Shown here in pieces: positions 18,671-28,460 of a stretch of DNA of 64,000 nucleotides (its first letter is position 1; each line of letters opens with the position of its first letter). Both the position numbers and the translations under genes were made by a program. A model generated the notes under the pieces. That model had not been told where the DNA came from. It worked only from the letters and a program-made list of their open reading frames with translations, and did not search any database. The DNA lies in the IMG/VR virus record IMGVR_UViG_3300018018_000001, positions 64,001 to 128,000 of that record. One strand, 5' to 3'. Origin of the DNA: a virus.

Positions 18671-19732
18671 ATGCCAGCACTTCAGACTATTGACCTCAGT
18701 GGCCAAGGAATAGGGTCAGAAGAGTTTGTTTCATCAGGCTCAACTTTGACTCAGATTCTTAGGATATCAGGTATTCCTTCAGAAACAGCTTTTGGTTCTG
18801 ACACCTTGACTTATGACCAGACTATCCAAATTTTAGGAATACCTTCTGCTGAAGCTATTGGTAGAGTGGTAATAGTCCCTGGTTTATCAATTATAAACCT
18901 TGTAGGGGAGGGGATTCCTTCTGAAGAGGCTTTTGGGACCCCCTCATTACCTCAAGCAATTCTTTTAACTGGAATACCCTCTGAAGAGGCTTTTGGGACC
19001 CCGTATATTCAAGGTATCCCGGCCAACTGGAGTTTAAAATATCTACCTCCTCATAACCAAGTGCAAAGTTTGTATGACGATTTGATTTGCCCTTGTATAG
19101 ATTTTGTGATGCTCCAGGATTTTGTTGCTTTTAGACCTGTGGTTGATCAAGATATACTTCAACAGGCACGTGCGCTTCTTGTTGCTGGTGACAATGAGGC
19201 CCTTTTAGCCTACTTCAGATCTTTGATTAAGCCTATTGTAGGAACTTATAGGGTAATCAAGCTTGTAATAAGCTTTATGGGATTTGGAGATCAGACTATT
19301 TTGTATTGGTATCAGTATTTTAATCCAAGTTCAATTCCTAGTTCTCTTAATCCTTGTGGGGGAAATGTAGTTTTACCTGCGGGGATAAAAGGAAATGATT
19401 TTTATTTTAAAGTTGTTGCTGGAGTAATAGTAGGTTCTACTTTTGGCCCTATAAAAGCGGATAATCCGGCCAATGCCCAAGCTCTTATGCAAAATTTGAG
19501 TAATAACTATGACTTATTAACAAACTTTATAATTCAGTATAAGAATGAACGAAGCACTCTTGAAGCTCTTAAACTTGCCATTACATATTATATTGGTGGC
19601 CCTTATTATGGGGTTGGAATATTCCCTGGAGAAAAAATTGAGATATATGATCCTACTATTAGTGGACAAACTGCTTTGGATGAGCGGGGATCTGTCTGGC
19701 TGATTCCTAATACTTTCCCTTGTGGCATATAA
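18671..19732 (+). CDS. Baseplate/tail protein with N-terminal GIPS.EAFG repeats
   Basis: Four to five GIPS(E/A)(E/T)A(F/I)G units; C-terminal part resembles gp7/tail protein I. Confidence 0.55.
   Translation: MPALQTIDLSGQGIGSEEFVSSGSTLTQILRISGIPSETAFGSDTLTYDQTIQILGIPSAEAIGRVVIVPGLSIINLVGEGIPSEEAFGTPSLPQAILLTGIPSEEAFGTPYIQGIPANWSLKYLPPHNQVQSLYDDLICPCIDFVMLQDFVAFRPVVDQDILQQARALLVAGDNEALLAYFRSLIKPIVGTYRVIKLVISFMGFGDQTILYWYQYFNPSSIPSSLNPCGGNVVLPAGIKGNDFYFKVVAGVIVGSTFGPIKADNPANAQALMQNLSNNYDLLTNFIIQYKNERSTLEALKLAITYYIGGPYYGVGIFPGEKIEIYDPTISGQTALDERGSVWLIPNTFPCGI
18920..19002 (+). repeat. 23-bp exact direct repeat at 60-bp period
   Basis: tctgaagaggcttttgggacccc at 18920-18942 and 18980-19002. Confidence 0.95.
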
Positions 19733-19744
19733 GAAGGAATTAAG

Positions 19745-21157
19745 ATGGCAAATGTATTTTATTCCAATGGAATTTATGGAATAATCCATAATACAATTAA
19801 TTGGATTTCTGATACAATTAAAGTAGTCTTAATTGATATTTCTAATTATACCTTAGATCAGATCTATGATCAATATCTTTCAACAATTCCCTCAAATGCT
19901 AAAATAGCTATTTCTTCAGCACTTACAGGAAAAAGTCTAACCAGTAATATTGCTAATGCTGATAAAATTATTTTACCTTCTGTGACAGGATCTATTGGAG
20001 CTATTGTCTTATTTAAGGATACAGGGAATCCAGCTACTTCTCCTCTAATTCTTTATATAGATACTTCTATAGGATTACCAACTATAAGAAATAATCAAGA
20101 CTTTACAATTACATGGGATAAAGGAGCAAACAAAATATTCTCTTATGATCCACAAACTGTCGCTTTACTTCATTTTGATGGAATAATTAGTGGAGTTTAT
20201 ACATATCCTTTAGATGAGTCTGGAAATGTTTGGTTTAATGGGGCTCTTGCAGGTAATATTTCTTTATCTTCAGTTTGGAAAGCCTTTGGTCCTACGTCTG
20301 GACATTTTATAGGGGGATCTGCTGGAATTAGTATTTCTGACGATTCCAATTGGAGTTTTGCAACTAATCCGTTTACAATAGATTTTTGGTTTAAAACTAC
20401 ACAATCTCCTACTCAAATTTTTCTGGTTTATAAAGGAACTAATATAGGAACAAATGTAAACTTTTGGTTCCGTATTAATAATGGTAAGCTTGATTTTATT
20501 CCTGATTATAATGCTAATAGATTATTACATTTATTAACTTCTATTAATACTATTAATGATGGAAATCCTCATCATGGAGCTATAGTAAGAAATGGAGATA
20601 CTTTCACTCTTTATGTAGATGGAATATCTCAACAATCTGTAACTTTAGCTGGATTTAATATGTACCAAACATCGGATACTCTTACAATAGGATCTTTAGC
20701 AGCAGGTGGTGTTTATGTTGGATATTTAGATGAATTTAGAATAAGCAAAGGAATTGCTAGATGGACATCTAATTTTACTCCTCCAACAAGTGCTTATAGC
20801 CCTCATATAATTGGTATACCAAATAATTTTCTACCTTTTTCTTTCCCTTTTCTTAATTTTTCTTGTTCTCATCCCATTCCTATTACTGCTATTATAGTAA
20901 CTTCTGTTAGTCCAGGTAGTGGTGCTTTAGCAGGAGGATATCCAGCTAACATCTATGGAAGTAATTTTAATAATTTGAATTCACTAACTACTGTTAAATT
21001 TGGTGGAATTCCGGCAACTAATGTATCTTTAATAAATTCTGGACAAATATCTTGCACTGTTCCACCAGGGTTAATTCCTAATTCCTATGTAGATGTAACT
21101 GTTCAATGTGGTTTTAATAGTAAGACTTTATATAATGGGTTCACTTATACCCCATAA
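19745..21157 (+). CDS. Virion protein: paralogue of 18223-18651 plus LamG/ConA-like and IPT/TIG domains
   Basis: N-terminal SPLILYIDTSIGLP...WDKGANKIF; FTIDFW...HHGAIVR...GYLDEFRISKG; SVSPGSG..AGG...I.GSNF. Confidence 0.8.
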   Translation: MANVFYSNGIYGIIHNTINWISDTIKVVLIDISNYTLDQIYDQYLSTIPSNAKIAISSALTGKSLTSNIANADKIILPSVTGSIGAIVLFKDTGNPATSPLILYIDTSIGLPTIRNNQDFTITWDKGANKIFSYDPQTVALLHFDGIISGVYTYPLDESGNVWFNGALAGNISLSSVWKAFGPTSGHFIGGSAGISISDDSNWSFATNPFTIDFWFKTTQSPTQIFLVYKGTNIGTNVNFWFRINNGKLDFIPDYNANRLLHLLTSINTINDGNPHHGAIVRNGDTFTLYVDGISQQSVTLAGFNMYQTSDTLTIGSLAAGGVYVGYLDEFRISKGIARWTSNFTPPTSAYSPHIIGIPNNFLPFSFPFLNFSCSHPIPITAIIVTSVSPGSGALAGGYPANIYGSNFNNLNSLTTVKFGGIPATNVSLINSGQISCTVPPGLIPNSYVDVTVQCGFNSKTLYNGFTYTP

Positions 21158-21173
21158 ATTTAAGGAGTAAATT

Positions 21174-23060
21174 ATGCCTACTCAATTTTTTGCAGTTATA
21201 ACGGCAGCGGGTCTTGCGGAATTGGCTGCTGCGGTATCTGGTAGCTACTTACTTAATTTCTCTGAAATTAGGGTGGGGGATGGAAATGGTGCTTACCATA
21301 ATCCTGGAGGAAGTATTACCCATTTTGCCAGTAACGGACTTGGAGGAACTAGAGTTACTTCTCCTGGACATGACCTTGTAAATGGGGAATCAATTGATAT
21401 TAGTGGGACTTCACACTATGATTCTCTTCCGCTACACTTTACAGTTTCAAATGCCAATATAGGTGCAGGGACTTTTGATATTAATATAGCATTTACTGTA
21501 GATGATGCTATAGGCCAATGGAATCGACTTGATTTAGTTCATCAAGTATGGCCAGTCTCAGGGGCGGGTGGCCCAATTAATGCTGTTTATGTGCATCCTG
21601 ATCATGCCAATTGGCTTGTTATTGAAGGGTACATTCCAGCGGCTGAAGGTGGATTTACTGTTCGTGAGGTGGCTTTAATTAGTCCTGGAATATCCGGGGA
21701 TGTTGTGTTTTCTGTTGGTATAGTTCCTGTGTCTGAAAAGCCTATTATTACTGATGGGTCTGTTAAAGATCTTTATTTTAGGATGATTTTGGTGACTTCT
21801 AATGTGAGTTCTATAACTTTGGTAACAGACCCCAATGTTGTTTTGGCTTCTCAAACTTATGTCCAATTATTTGCTAAATGGGCTTCTGAAACAGAAAGAC
21901 TCATAACAGGAGTTACTTTTGAAGCCCCTGTAACTCAGGGGGATGCTGTTTATTACAATCCATCAACTAATAAATTTGGACAGGCTATTGCTGATGGAAC
22001 AATCAAACAAAGAGTTCTTGGTTTTGCTGATATATCCCATTGTTGCGTTATTAGGGGTGGATATTTCCCATGGCCAAGTCCTGTATTGACCCCTGGTTCT
22101 GTTTATTATCTGTCAACAACTGTCTTGGGTGGTATTACTATTACTCCTCCGACTAGATATACTGTAGAGATGGGTGTTGCCCTTTCTACCAGTGTTATGG
22201 ACGTTATGGTGGATGATATCCTGAGTGCTTATGAAGATAGGGCTATGACTTTTGATAGTTTGGGGGATGTGGGATTCCTACGTAGCATTACTGCCGCTTT
22301 TGATATTTCTGCAGGAAATAATATTATCGCAGGGGCTTTAGTACAATCTCCTAATGTAAATGTTCTAAATCAATTGGGAGTAGGATCTGCAGGTGGGTTT
22401 CCCTCACTTTTGGTTGATAATGAAGGGGATATTTATGTTAATGGAGGTGCGGATAATATTTGGAAACTTTTCTATGAAGGAACTACAGTAATTTATATAG
22501 GTCCAACAAAGGATGTTTATATTTATGAGGCTGGTAGTTTAAGATCTTTTAGTGTAACTTCAGTTGTTAATGCTATTCCAATAGGTAATTCTTCAGGTAA
22601 AATTGATCCAAGTTGGTTTCCAAGTGGCTCTACTACTCCTTATCCGAATGCTGTAGCTGGAACATCCGCATTTGTAGCTGATACTGGATTTGTATCTCCA
22701 GCAATAGGAGATGGTGGTGGATTTGAGGCAATTTATGCTCCAATGATATATATACCCGCTAATGCTGTTTGGTTAAATATATATGGTACTTTACAATCTA
22801 ATGGTGCTTCCCAACCTGTTGCTGTAGCATGTGCTTCTGTGGGGGGAACATTGGGTTCCGCAGGGAGTAGGATTGCAGAGAGTCAAGTAGTTTCAATTAA
22901 TGATATAGACCCATCTCATGTATACCCCTTTACATTGAGAATTAATTGTACCGGAATAACTCCAGGACCATACCTTTTAGCTGTTGGAACTAGAGGTGGT
23001 GGAGTATCACCTTGGGTTCCACTTTTTGGTATTAGTTTACCTTATTGGAATCCAACTTAG
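21174..23060 (+). CDS. Tail fibre protein (tail-collar/DUF3751-like N-terminus)
   Basis: FFAVITAAGLAE...VGDGNG; EGGFTVREVAL...EKP...RMIL..SN..ITL..DPNVVLAS. Confidence 0.85.
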   Translation: MPTQFFAVITAAGLAELAAAVSGSYLLNFSEIRVGDGNGAYHNPGGSITHFASNGLGGTRVTSPGHDLVNGESIDISGTSHYDSLPLHFTVSNANIGAGTFDINIAFTVDDAIGQWNRLDLVHQVWPVSGAGGPINAVYVHPDHANWLVIEGYIPAAEGGFTVREVALISPGISGDVVFSVGIVPVSEKPIITDGSVKDLYFRMILVTSNVSSITLVTDPNVVLASQTYVQLFAKWASETERLITGVTFEAPVTQGDAVYYNPSTNKFGQAIADGTIKQRVLGFADISHCCVIRGGYFPWPSPVLTPGSVYYLSTTVLGGITITPPTRYTVEMGVALSTSVMDVMVDDILSAYEDRAMTFDSLGDVGFLRSITAAFDISAGNNIIAGALVQSPNVNVLNQLGVGSAGGFPSLLVDNEGDIYVNGGADNIWKLFYEGTTVIYIGPTKDVYIYEAGSLRSFSVTSVVNAIPIGNSSGKIDPSWFPSGSTTPYPNAVAGTSAFVADTGFVSPAIGDGGGFEAIYAPMIYIPANAVWLNIYGTLQSNGASQPVAVACASVGGTLGSAGSRIAESQVVSINDIDPSHVYPFTLRINCTGITPGPYLLAVGTRGGGVSPWVPLFGISLPYWNPT

Positions 23061-23075
23061 TTTTTTTGAAGAAAA

Positions 23076-23109
23076 GGTGTAATAGTAAAGGGGCTTTGGT
23101 GTTATTATA
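23076..23109 (+). promoter_or_regulatory. 34-bp promoter-like motif A, copy 1
   Basis: ggtgtaatagtaaaggggctttggtgttattata; 32/34 identical to the reverse complement of 52529-52562; contains TG-N-TATTAT. Confidence 0.7.
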
Positions 23110-23151
23110 TAGAGTAGGATTTCAAAATAAAAAAATAAGAGGGGGGGTTTT

Positions 23152-25029
23152 ATGCAGATTGTGAAAGTAAATTTGGGGGAAAATCACTTTATAAATATGT
23201 CAGGGGATTGGCATAAAGGGACAAAACTTCATGATGCTGGGGCCGTTGAACAAACAATTGAGGATACTTTACAGCCTGATACCTTTTTTGTTGGCATGGG
23301 GGATTTAGTAGAGGCCATTACCGTAGATGATAAGCGGTATGAAAGCAAACTTCATAAAAAGACTGTAATTGAACAGTATGATGACGTTGAGGAGATTGTC
23401 AAAAGAGTAAAAAGCAAAACAATTCTACACCTTATGGGGAACCATGATTGGACTCTAAGCCGTAGATATGGGGATATGGTTGAATCCATGTGCAAGAGTC
23501 TGAAGGTAAAATATGGGGATTATTCCTCAGTAATTTGCGTTTACGCAGATCCAGGTTATCCCATTTCCCCACGTGATAACAAAGACTTAGAGCTTGAATA
23601 CCTACTGTATAAAATTTATGTCAATCATGGGTTTGGTTCCATTCAATCCAGGATTGATTCCACAAGTGAGCGGAAACATAGTGTAGATAGGTCCCTAAGA
23701 CGAAAATTGTTCATGAAATTCGATGATTGCAGGGTTATGGCTATGGGGCATTGCTTTTCAGAGGATACAGAGGCTTTAACTTTAGAAGGATGGAAGAATT
23801 ATCAAAATTTAAATATTGGGGATAAGATTTTGACTTTTAATATGGAAACTTCCCAATCAGAGTGGCAACCAATAGAAAATAAATATGTTTATCAGGATAA
23901 ATTTGATAATATGCTCTTTTGTGAAAACAGAGTAATAGATTTTGGAATTACTCATGACCATAGGGTAATTTTTAAAACTACTGGAAAAAATTGGAAAGAG
24001 GATATAGCTAAAAATGTATTGAAATATTCTCAAATTGCTATCCCAGTTGCTGCTCCTTCTGGCCTTCCCGAATATCAGTTATCAGATGACAAAATTAGTC
24101 TATTAGGTTGGTTAGTCTCTGAAGGTCATTTTAGAGAAAACGGAGCAGTTCAATTATTTCAATCTTGGTCTAAAAAAGATAAAATTGAAGGAATTTTACA
24201 ATCTCTTGGGATTAAATACTCTTTATATAGAAGAAAATTTGAAGGAAAAGAATTTTTTGATCCAAAAATGGGTAAATACTATAAAACTAAAGAAGATTGT
24301 GCAACTTTTTATATTACTATTGAAGATTCTAAGCCCATTATTGATTTAATTCAAGAAAAAAATATTCCATCTTTTGCTTTTAAATTTTCAGATAGACAGT
24401 TTCTTGTTTTATTAAAATCCTTAATAGCAGGGGATGGAGAATGGCAAAATGAAGAAAGATCAGGATCTTATTATACAGGGGATAAATCCTTGGCTGATAA
24501 TCTTCAAGCTCTTAGTATAAGTCATGGTTGGAGAGCCAATGTAAAAAAACATAAAGAAGGTTGGAGGGTTTTGTTATGTAATAAACCTAATGTCCATATT
24601 TTTAGTAAAAATTCTCATATTCCTAAAAATCCTTGGAAAGAAGATAAAGCAACTAAAACTGTCTGGTGTGTGACTGTACCTAATTCCACTTTATTTGTTA
24701 GAAGAAATGGAAAAGTTTGCGTATTGGGAAATACCCATCGACTGGTCATTATCCCCCCCTCTGATTCTCTTGGCCTCCATGTGGATCAGGATGGGGCAAA
24801 GGGTAAAGAAATTCATTCTCATTACGCAGGATTGGCCATAAGTGAGAATGGTTATATCCCTCCTGAAGGCCGGTGGTATGTGAATACAGGTGGCTACCTC
24901 AGGATGTACGGGGAAGGGGTAACTGGGTACTCTGAAGTGCGCGGTTATGATCCTTTAGAGATTGGATATGCTAGAATAATTTGTGAAGATGGAGAAATAA
25001 CAAATATTAAAAGAGTGGTCTTAGGATAA
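23152..25029 (+). CDS. Calcineurin-like metallophosphoesterase with an intein
   Basis: GDWH, GDLVE, GNHD, NHG and GH|TH motifs. Confidence 0.9.
   Translation: MQIVKVNLGENHFINMSGDWHKGTKLHDAGAVEQTIEDTLQPDTFFVGMGDLVEAITVDDKRYESKLHKKTVIEQYDDVEEIVKRVKSKTILHLMGNHDWTLSRRYGDMVESMCKSLKVKYGDYSSVICVYADPGYPISPRDNKDLELEYLLYKIYVNHGFGSIQSRIDSTSERKHSVDRSLRRKLFMKFDDCRVMAMGHCFSEDTEALTLEGWKNYQNLNIGDKILTFNMETSQSEWQPIENKYVYQDKFDNMLFCENRVIDFGITHDHRVIFKTTGKNWKEDIAKNVLKYSQIAIPVAAPSGLPEYQLSDDKISLLGWLVSEGHFRENGAVQLFQSWSKKDKIEGILQSLGIKYSLYRRKFEGKEFFDPKMGKYYKTKEDCATFYITIEDSKPIIDLIQEKNIPSFAFKFSDRQFLVLLKSLIAGDGEWQNEERSGSYYTGDKSLADNLQALSISHGWRANVKKHKEGWRVLLCNKPNVHIFSKNSHIPKNPWKEDKATKTVWCVTVPNSTLFVRRNGKVCVLGNTHRLVIIPPSDSLGLHVDQDGAKGKEIHSHYAGLAISENGYIPPEGRWYVNTGGYLRMYGEGVTGYSEVRGYDPLEIGYARIICEDGEITNIKRVVLG
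23752..24732 (+). mobile_element. Intein (327 aa) with LAGLIDADG endonuclease
   Basis: CFSEDTEALT start, THDH block B, LLGWLVSEG and LIAGDG, ends VLGN before Thr+1. Confidence 0.92.
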
Positions 25030-25038
25030 AGTATTAAT

Positions 25039-25608
25039 ATGCCTTATAAAGATTCTTTGAAGGCTAAAGAATGTAAACGTAAGCATTATGAAAATAATAA
25101 AGAAGTTTATAAAGATAGAACCAAAAAATGGAGAGAGAATAACTTAGAAGCTCATAGAGCTTCTAATAGAAAATGGTTAGAAAATAACAAGGAATACAAT
25201 AATGATTACTATGAAAATAACAAGAAACATATTAAAGAGTTACATGATAAGTGGGAGGAAGAAAATAAAGAACTCATGAAAGAATATAAATCCAAGTGGG
25301 AAAAAGACAATAAAGAACAAGTATCTAGAAGTAATAAAATTCGTTATGAAAAATATAAAAATTTGGTGTTTGATCATTATGGCCATAAATGCTCTTGTCC
25401 AGAATGTGGTGAGGCCCATTTTGAATTTTTAACCATAGATCATATTGACGGTGGGGGGCGTAAACATAGAAAAGATTTAAAAATAGGAAATTTATATAGG
25501 TGGCTGGTTAAAAACAACTTCCCATTAGGATTCAGAACTCTCTGTATGAATTGTAATTTTTCCATTGGTCTTTACGGATATTGTCCACATCAATTAGAAA
25601 AGGAATAA
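25039..25608 (+). CDS. HNH-type homing endonuclease
   Basis: FDHYGHKCSC...LTIDHIDGGG...WLVKNNFP..FRTLCMNCN. Confidence 0.85.
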   Translation: MPYKDSLKAKECKRKHYENNKEVYKDRTKKWRENNLEAHRASNRKWLENNKEYNNDYYENNKKHIKELHDKWEEENKELMKEYKSKWEKDNKEQVSRSNKIRYEKYKNLVFDHYGHKCSCPECGEAHFEFLTIDHIDGGGRKHRKDLKIGNLYRWLVKNNFPLGFRTLCMNCNFSIGLYGYCPHQLEKE

Positions 25609-25609
25609 A

Positions 25610-25840
25610 GTGGGAATAATTCAGTGGTTAGAACTAATAAGTGCATTTATGGTGCCTTTGGCTACCTTTTTTCTTATGGTTCCCCGCAGGGTTGGTTTTT
25701 GGATTCTCAACGTAGCCAATATTTTATGCGCTGTAGTATTTATTGACAAACATCTATGGTTCTATCTTGGACAAATAATTTTCTTATTTGTATTAAACTT
25801 TATTAGTATTTACAGGTGGAAAAATAGAAAAATTGGGTAG
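25610..25840 (+). CDS. Small PnuC-like membrane protein
   Basis: Three hydrophobic segments; GFWILNVANIL...IYRWK pattern. Confidence 0.55.
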   Translation: MGIIQWLELISAFMVPLATFFLMVPRRVGFWILNVANILCAVVFIDKHLWFYLGQIIFLFVLNFISIYRWKNRKIG

Positions 25841-25853
25841 GAAAGGGGAGTTA

Positions 25854-26477
25854 ATGATTTGTAAAAAATGTAATGTAGATAAGCCATTTACAAAAGAATA
25901 TTTTAGAGAATTTGATAATGGAGATGGTAAAAGATTAAGAAAAACTTGTAAGGAGTGTTATGACAAGCAAGCAAAGATTTGGTTAGAAAATAATAAAGAA
26001 AGAAGTAAAAAAATAAGGGAAATATGGGAAGAAAAAAATAGAACCCATGTAAAAGAAAAACACAAACAATGGGTTGCAAATAATAAAGATCATGTAAAAG
26101 AAACTATTAAAAACTGGTATAAAAATAATAAGGAGCACTGTAGAGAATATATTAAAAATTGGGAAGAGAAAAATAAAGAACAAGTTGTACAAAGGTGTAA
26201 AATTCGTTATGACAAACAAAAAAATATAGTGTTTGATCATTATGGTCGTAAATGCTCTTGTCCAGGGTGTAACGAAGATCATTTTGAGTTCTTAACTATA
26301 GATCATATTAATGGTGGAGGACATAAACATAGAAAAACTTTAACTATTAATTTTTACCATTGGCTTATAAAAAATAATTTTCCTCTTGAATATAGAACTC
26401 TTTGTATGAATTGTAATTTTTCATTAGGTAGACTTGGATATTGTCCACATGGAATTGAAAAAAAGAAGGAGGTATAA
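25854..26477 (+). CDS. HNH-type homing endonuclease (paralogue of 25039-25608)
   Basis: Near-identical C-terminal domain; N-terminal CKKC...CKEC. Confidence 0.85.
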   Translation: MICKKCNVDKPFTKEYFREFDNGDGKRLRKTCKECYDKQAKIWLENNKERSKKIREIWEEKNRTHVKEKHKQWVANNKDHVKETIKNWYKNNKEHCREYIKNWEEKNKEQVVQRCKIRYDKQKNIVFDHYGRKCSCPGCNEDHFEFLTIDHINGGGHKHRKTLTINFYHWLIKNNFPLEYRTLCMNCNFSLGRLGYCPHGIEKKKEV

Positions 26478-26843
26478 ATGGCAAAAGTGGGGATCATAGG
26501 AAGTACAACATACTATTCTAAAATGATAGAACATAAAGCTGAATTAAAAAAAAATGGTTATGAAGTAAAATTAGCAATGTTTGATGGACTCCCCCCAGAG
26601 ACTCCTAATGTAGAGCTTTTGATTAACACCTATAATTTAAACCTGATTAAGTGGTCTGATATAGTTCACGTTTTTTATGATGGTAGATCAGCCTATGCAC
26701 TTTTTGATTTTGGAATTTGTTTTGCTTTAAATAAACCTATAAAGATTATCCATCTTGAGACTAAAACAGTGGGAAATTTTCTTAGGCAATATGAAAAAGA
26801 ATGTGAGAATCAATTAAAGGATTTTCCTGATGAAAAGGAGTAG
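26478..26843 (+). CDS. Nucleoside 2-deoxyribosyltransferase-like protein
   Basis: IKWSDIVHVFYDGRS...FDFGICFALNKPI. Confidence 0.55.
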   Translation: MAKVGIIGSTTYYSKMIEHKAELKKNGYEVKLAMFDGLPPETPNVELLINTYNLNLIKWSDIVHVFYDGRSAYALFDFGICFALNKPIKIIHLETKTVGNFLRQYEKECENQLKDFPDEKE

Positions 26844-26846
26844 AAT

Positions 26847-27053
26847 ATGGCATATGAAGAAATAAAATGCTGCCGATGTAAGGAAACCATTGTCGGTTAT
26901 AAAGATGGAGAAATTACTGAAGGGTATTTTGACATGTCTGATCCTGAATGGGCTGAATATTGTAATCCAGGAGAAGATTTTGTTTGTAATGCATGTATGG
27001 AAAAGGATGAAAGGTATTTAAAAGACTATCCAGAAGGAGGGCCACATGTCTGA
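26847..27053 (+). CDS. Small zinc-finger protein
   Basis: CCRC...CNAC. Confidence 0.55.
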   Translation: MAYEEIKCCRCKETIVGYKDGEITEGYFDMSDPEWAEYCNPGEDFVCNACMEKDERYLKDYPEGGPHV

Positions 27054-27405
27054 AGAATTAAAATTTACAAAAGAAGAGGTTGTAAAGGAATTACAGAAAA
27101 TCAGGAAAAGTAAGTTCAACATATTTTCTTGGTTTGAAGCTAAGAGACTTTCATTTTGGACTCTCTTAGCTGCTTTGGTACTGATTCCTGATAAGAGTTC
27201 TATGACAGTATTATTTGCCATTGGAATTGTTTCTCTTTGTACTATTATGGCTCACTTGGTTAGGAAAACGCTATTTCCTTACCTTGATTTTCGTGAGCTA
27301 TGTGAATCCGCTGCGAAAGATCCTCAGGCATCGGCCAAAATAGTTATGTCATTGGTATTTCTCAATGCTGTGATTATTTGGGCTGTTATATCTTTGCTCC
27401 GGTAA
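27046..27405 (+). CDS. Putative holin (2-3 TM, Holin_2-3-like)
   Basis: AHLVRKTLFPYLDFREL motif; hydrophobic helices; upstream of the endolysin. Confidence 0.7.
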   Translation: MSEELKFTKEEVVKELQKIRKSKFNIFSWFEAKRLSFWTLLAALVLIPDKSSMTVLFAIGIVSLCTIMAHLVRKTLFPYLDFRELCESAAKDPQASAKIVMSLVFLNAVIIWAVISLLR

Positions 27406-27434
27406 AAATACAAAATAAAAGATAGAGGTAAGAC

Positions 27435-27749
27435 ATGATTTCATGGATTTTTTTGATAATAGGAATTATTACTCAAATTGCAGCTATCCCTTTTGCTTAT
27501 AGAGTATTTAGGTTAACTCCTTTTAAATTAGCCAAAGATTCTTGGTCTTCTGGATGGTTAGTCTTTATGATTATAGAGGCGACTATTGCTGTTAGAAGGA
27601 TATTATACGTATACTCTTTTGAAGGTTGTACTATGCCTACTAACTTTTTTACTTTATCAGAAAACCTTTTGACTCTTGTTATAACAAGTGGTTTGCTTTT
27701 GTTCTCTTACATCAAGTATAACTTCTTTAAAAGTCAGAAACTTTTATAG
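27435..27749 (+). CDS. Three-TM membrane protein
   Basis: Three hydrophobic segments. Confidence 0.6.
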   Translation: MISWIFLIIGIITQIAAIPFAYRVFRLTPFKLAKDSWSSGWLVFMIIEATIAVRRILYVYSFEGCTMPTNFFTLSENLLTLVITSGLLLFSYIKYNFFKSQKLL

Positions 27750-27761
27750 ATTGGAGATATT

Positions 27762-28460
27762 ATGCCTGTTCCTACACTTAATGAAGGATTCACTCTTAAC
27801 GTAAACTTTGTTTTGGCTGCTGCTGCCTTATTCATAAGTGCTATTAATTTTCTGTGGGATAGGGTTAGGCTGGAACATCGTATCACGAAGGTAGAGACTA
27901 TGTTGGAAATTTACTTCAAATCAATGACGGAGGATGCAACTCATGTAGTTAAACATGAGACTCAAACAAGAAAAGATGATTTGGTTGATAAGGGAATTAG
28001 GAATCTCACTAATGATGAACTTGAAGAGCTACATGGAATTCTTGTTATGGAAATGCCTTTATTAAGAAAGAGAGAAGATGAGAAGCTTCCAGGCTTTGCC
28101 GTAACCAAGGCCATGATTGAGATAGAACAATTCAAGAGACTATATCCACCCACTAAAGGTTGGCTTGAAGGGTTTTTGGGAATTTTTAGAATAAAAAAAG
28201 TAAAAATTGTTCTTCATAGGGATGTGGTAGGAATTGTTCCAATACACCCTAGAGGTCCTTTCCCAAGTATAATAAATGGAAGTATTGAAGATAAAAATAA
28301 AGATTTCTCCAGGAATGCAACCAGAGATTCCGTTAGAGATCCAGTAAGAGATACAATGAGGGATGGAATTAGGGATGAAGTTAGAGATAGAACCAGAGAT
28401 CAGGTTAGAGATAGGGATAGGGATAGGGATGAGACTAAAGACAAAAAGACACCTGATTAA
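27762..28460 (+). CDS. Membrane-anchored protein with C-terminal RDxx repeats
   Basis: N-terminal TM; RDSV RDPV RDTM RDGI RDEV RDRT RDQV RDRDRDRD. Confidence 0.65.
   Translation: MPVPTLNEGFTLNVNFVLAAAALFISAINFLWDRVRLEHRITKVETMLEIYFKSMTEDATHVVKHETQTRKDDLVDKGIRNLTNDELEELHGILVMEMPLLRKREDEKLPGFAVTKAMIEIEQFKRLYPPTKGWLEGFLGIFRIKKVKIVLHRDVVGIVPIHPRGPFPSIINGSIEDKNKDFSRNATRDSVRDPVRDTMRDGIRDEVRDRTRDQVRDRDRDRDETKDKKTPD
28311..28434 (+). repeat. Coding tandem repeat, 12-nt then 6-nt period (AGRGAT)
   Basis: Eight AGRGAT-N6-type units followed by (AGGGAT)x3. Confidence 0.85.

Noticed and set aside
21174-23060. Diversity-generating retroelement acting on the tail fibre
   Set aside because: No reverse transcriptase in the window and no VR/TR pair differing at adenines was found.
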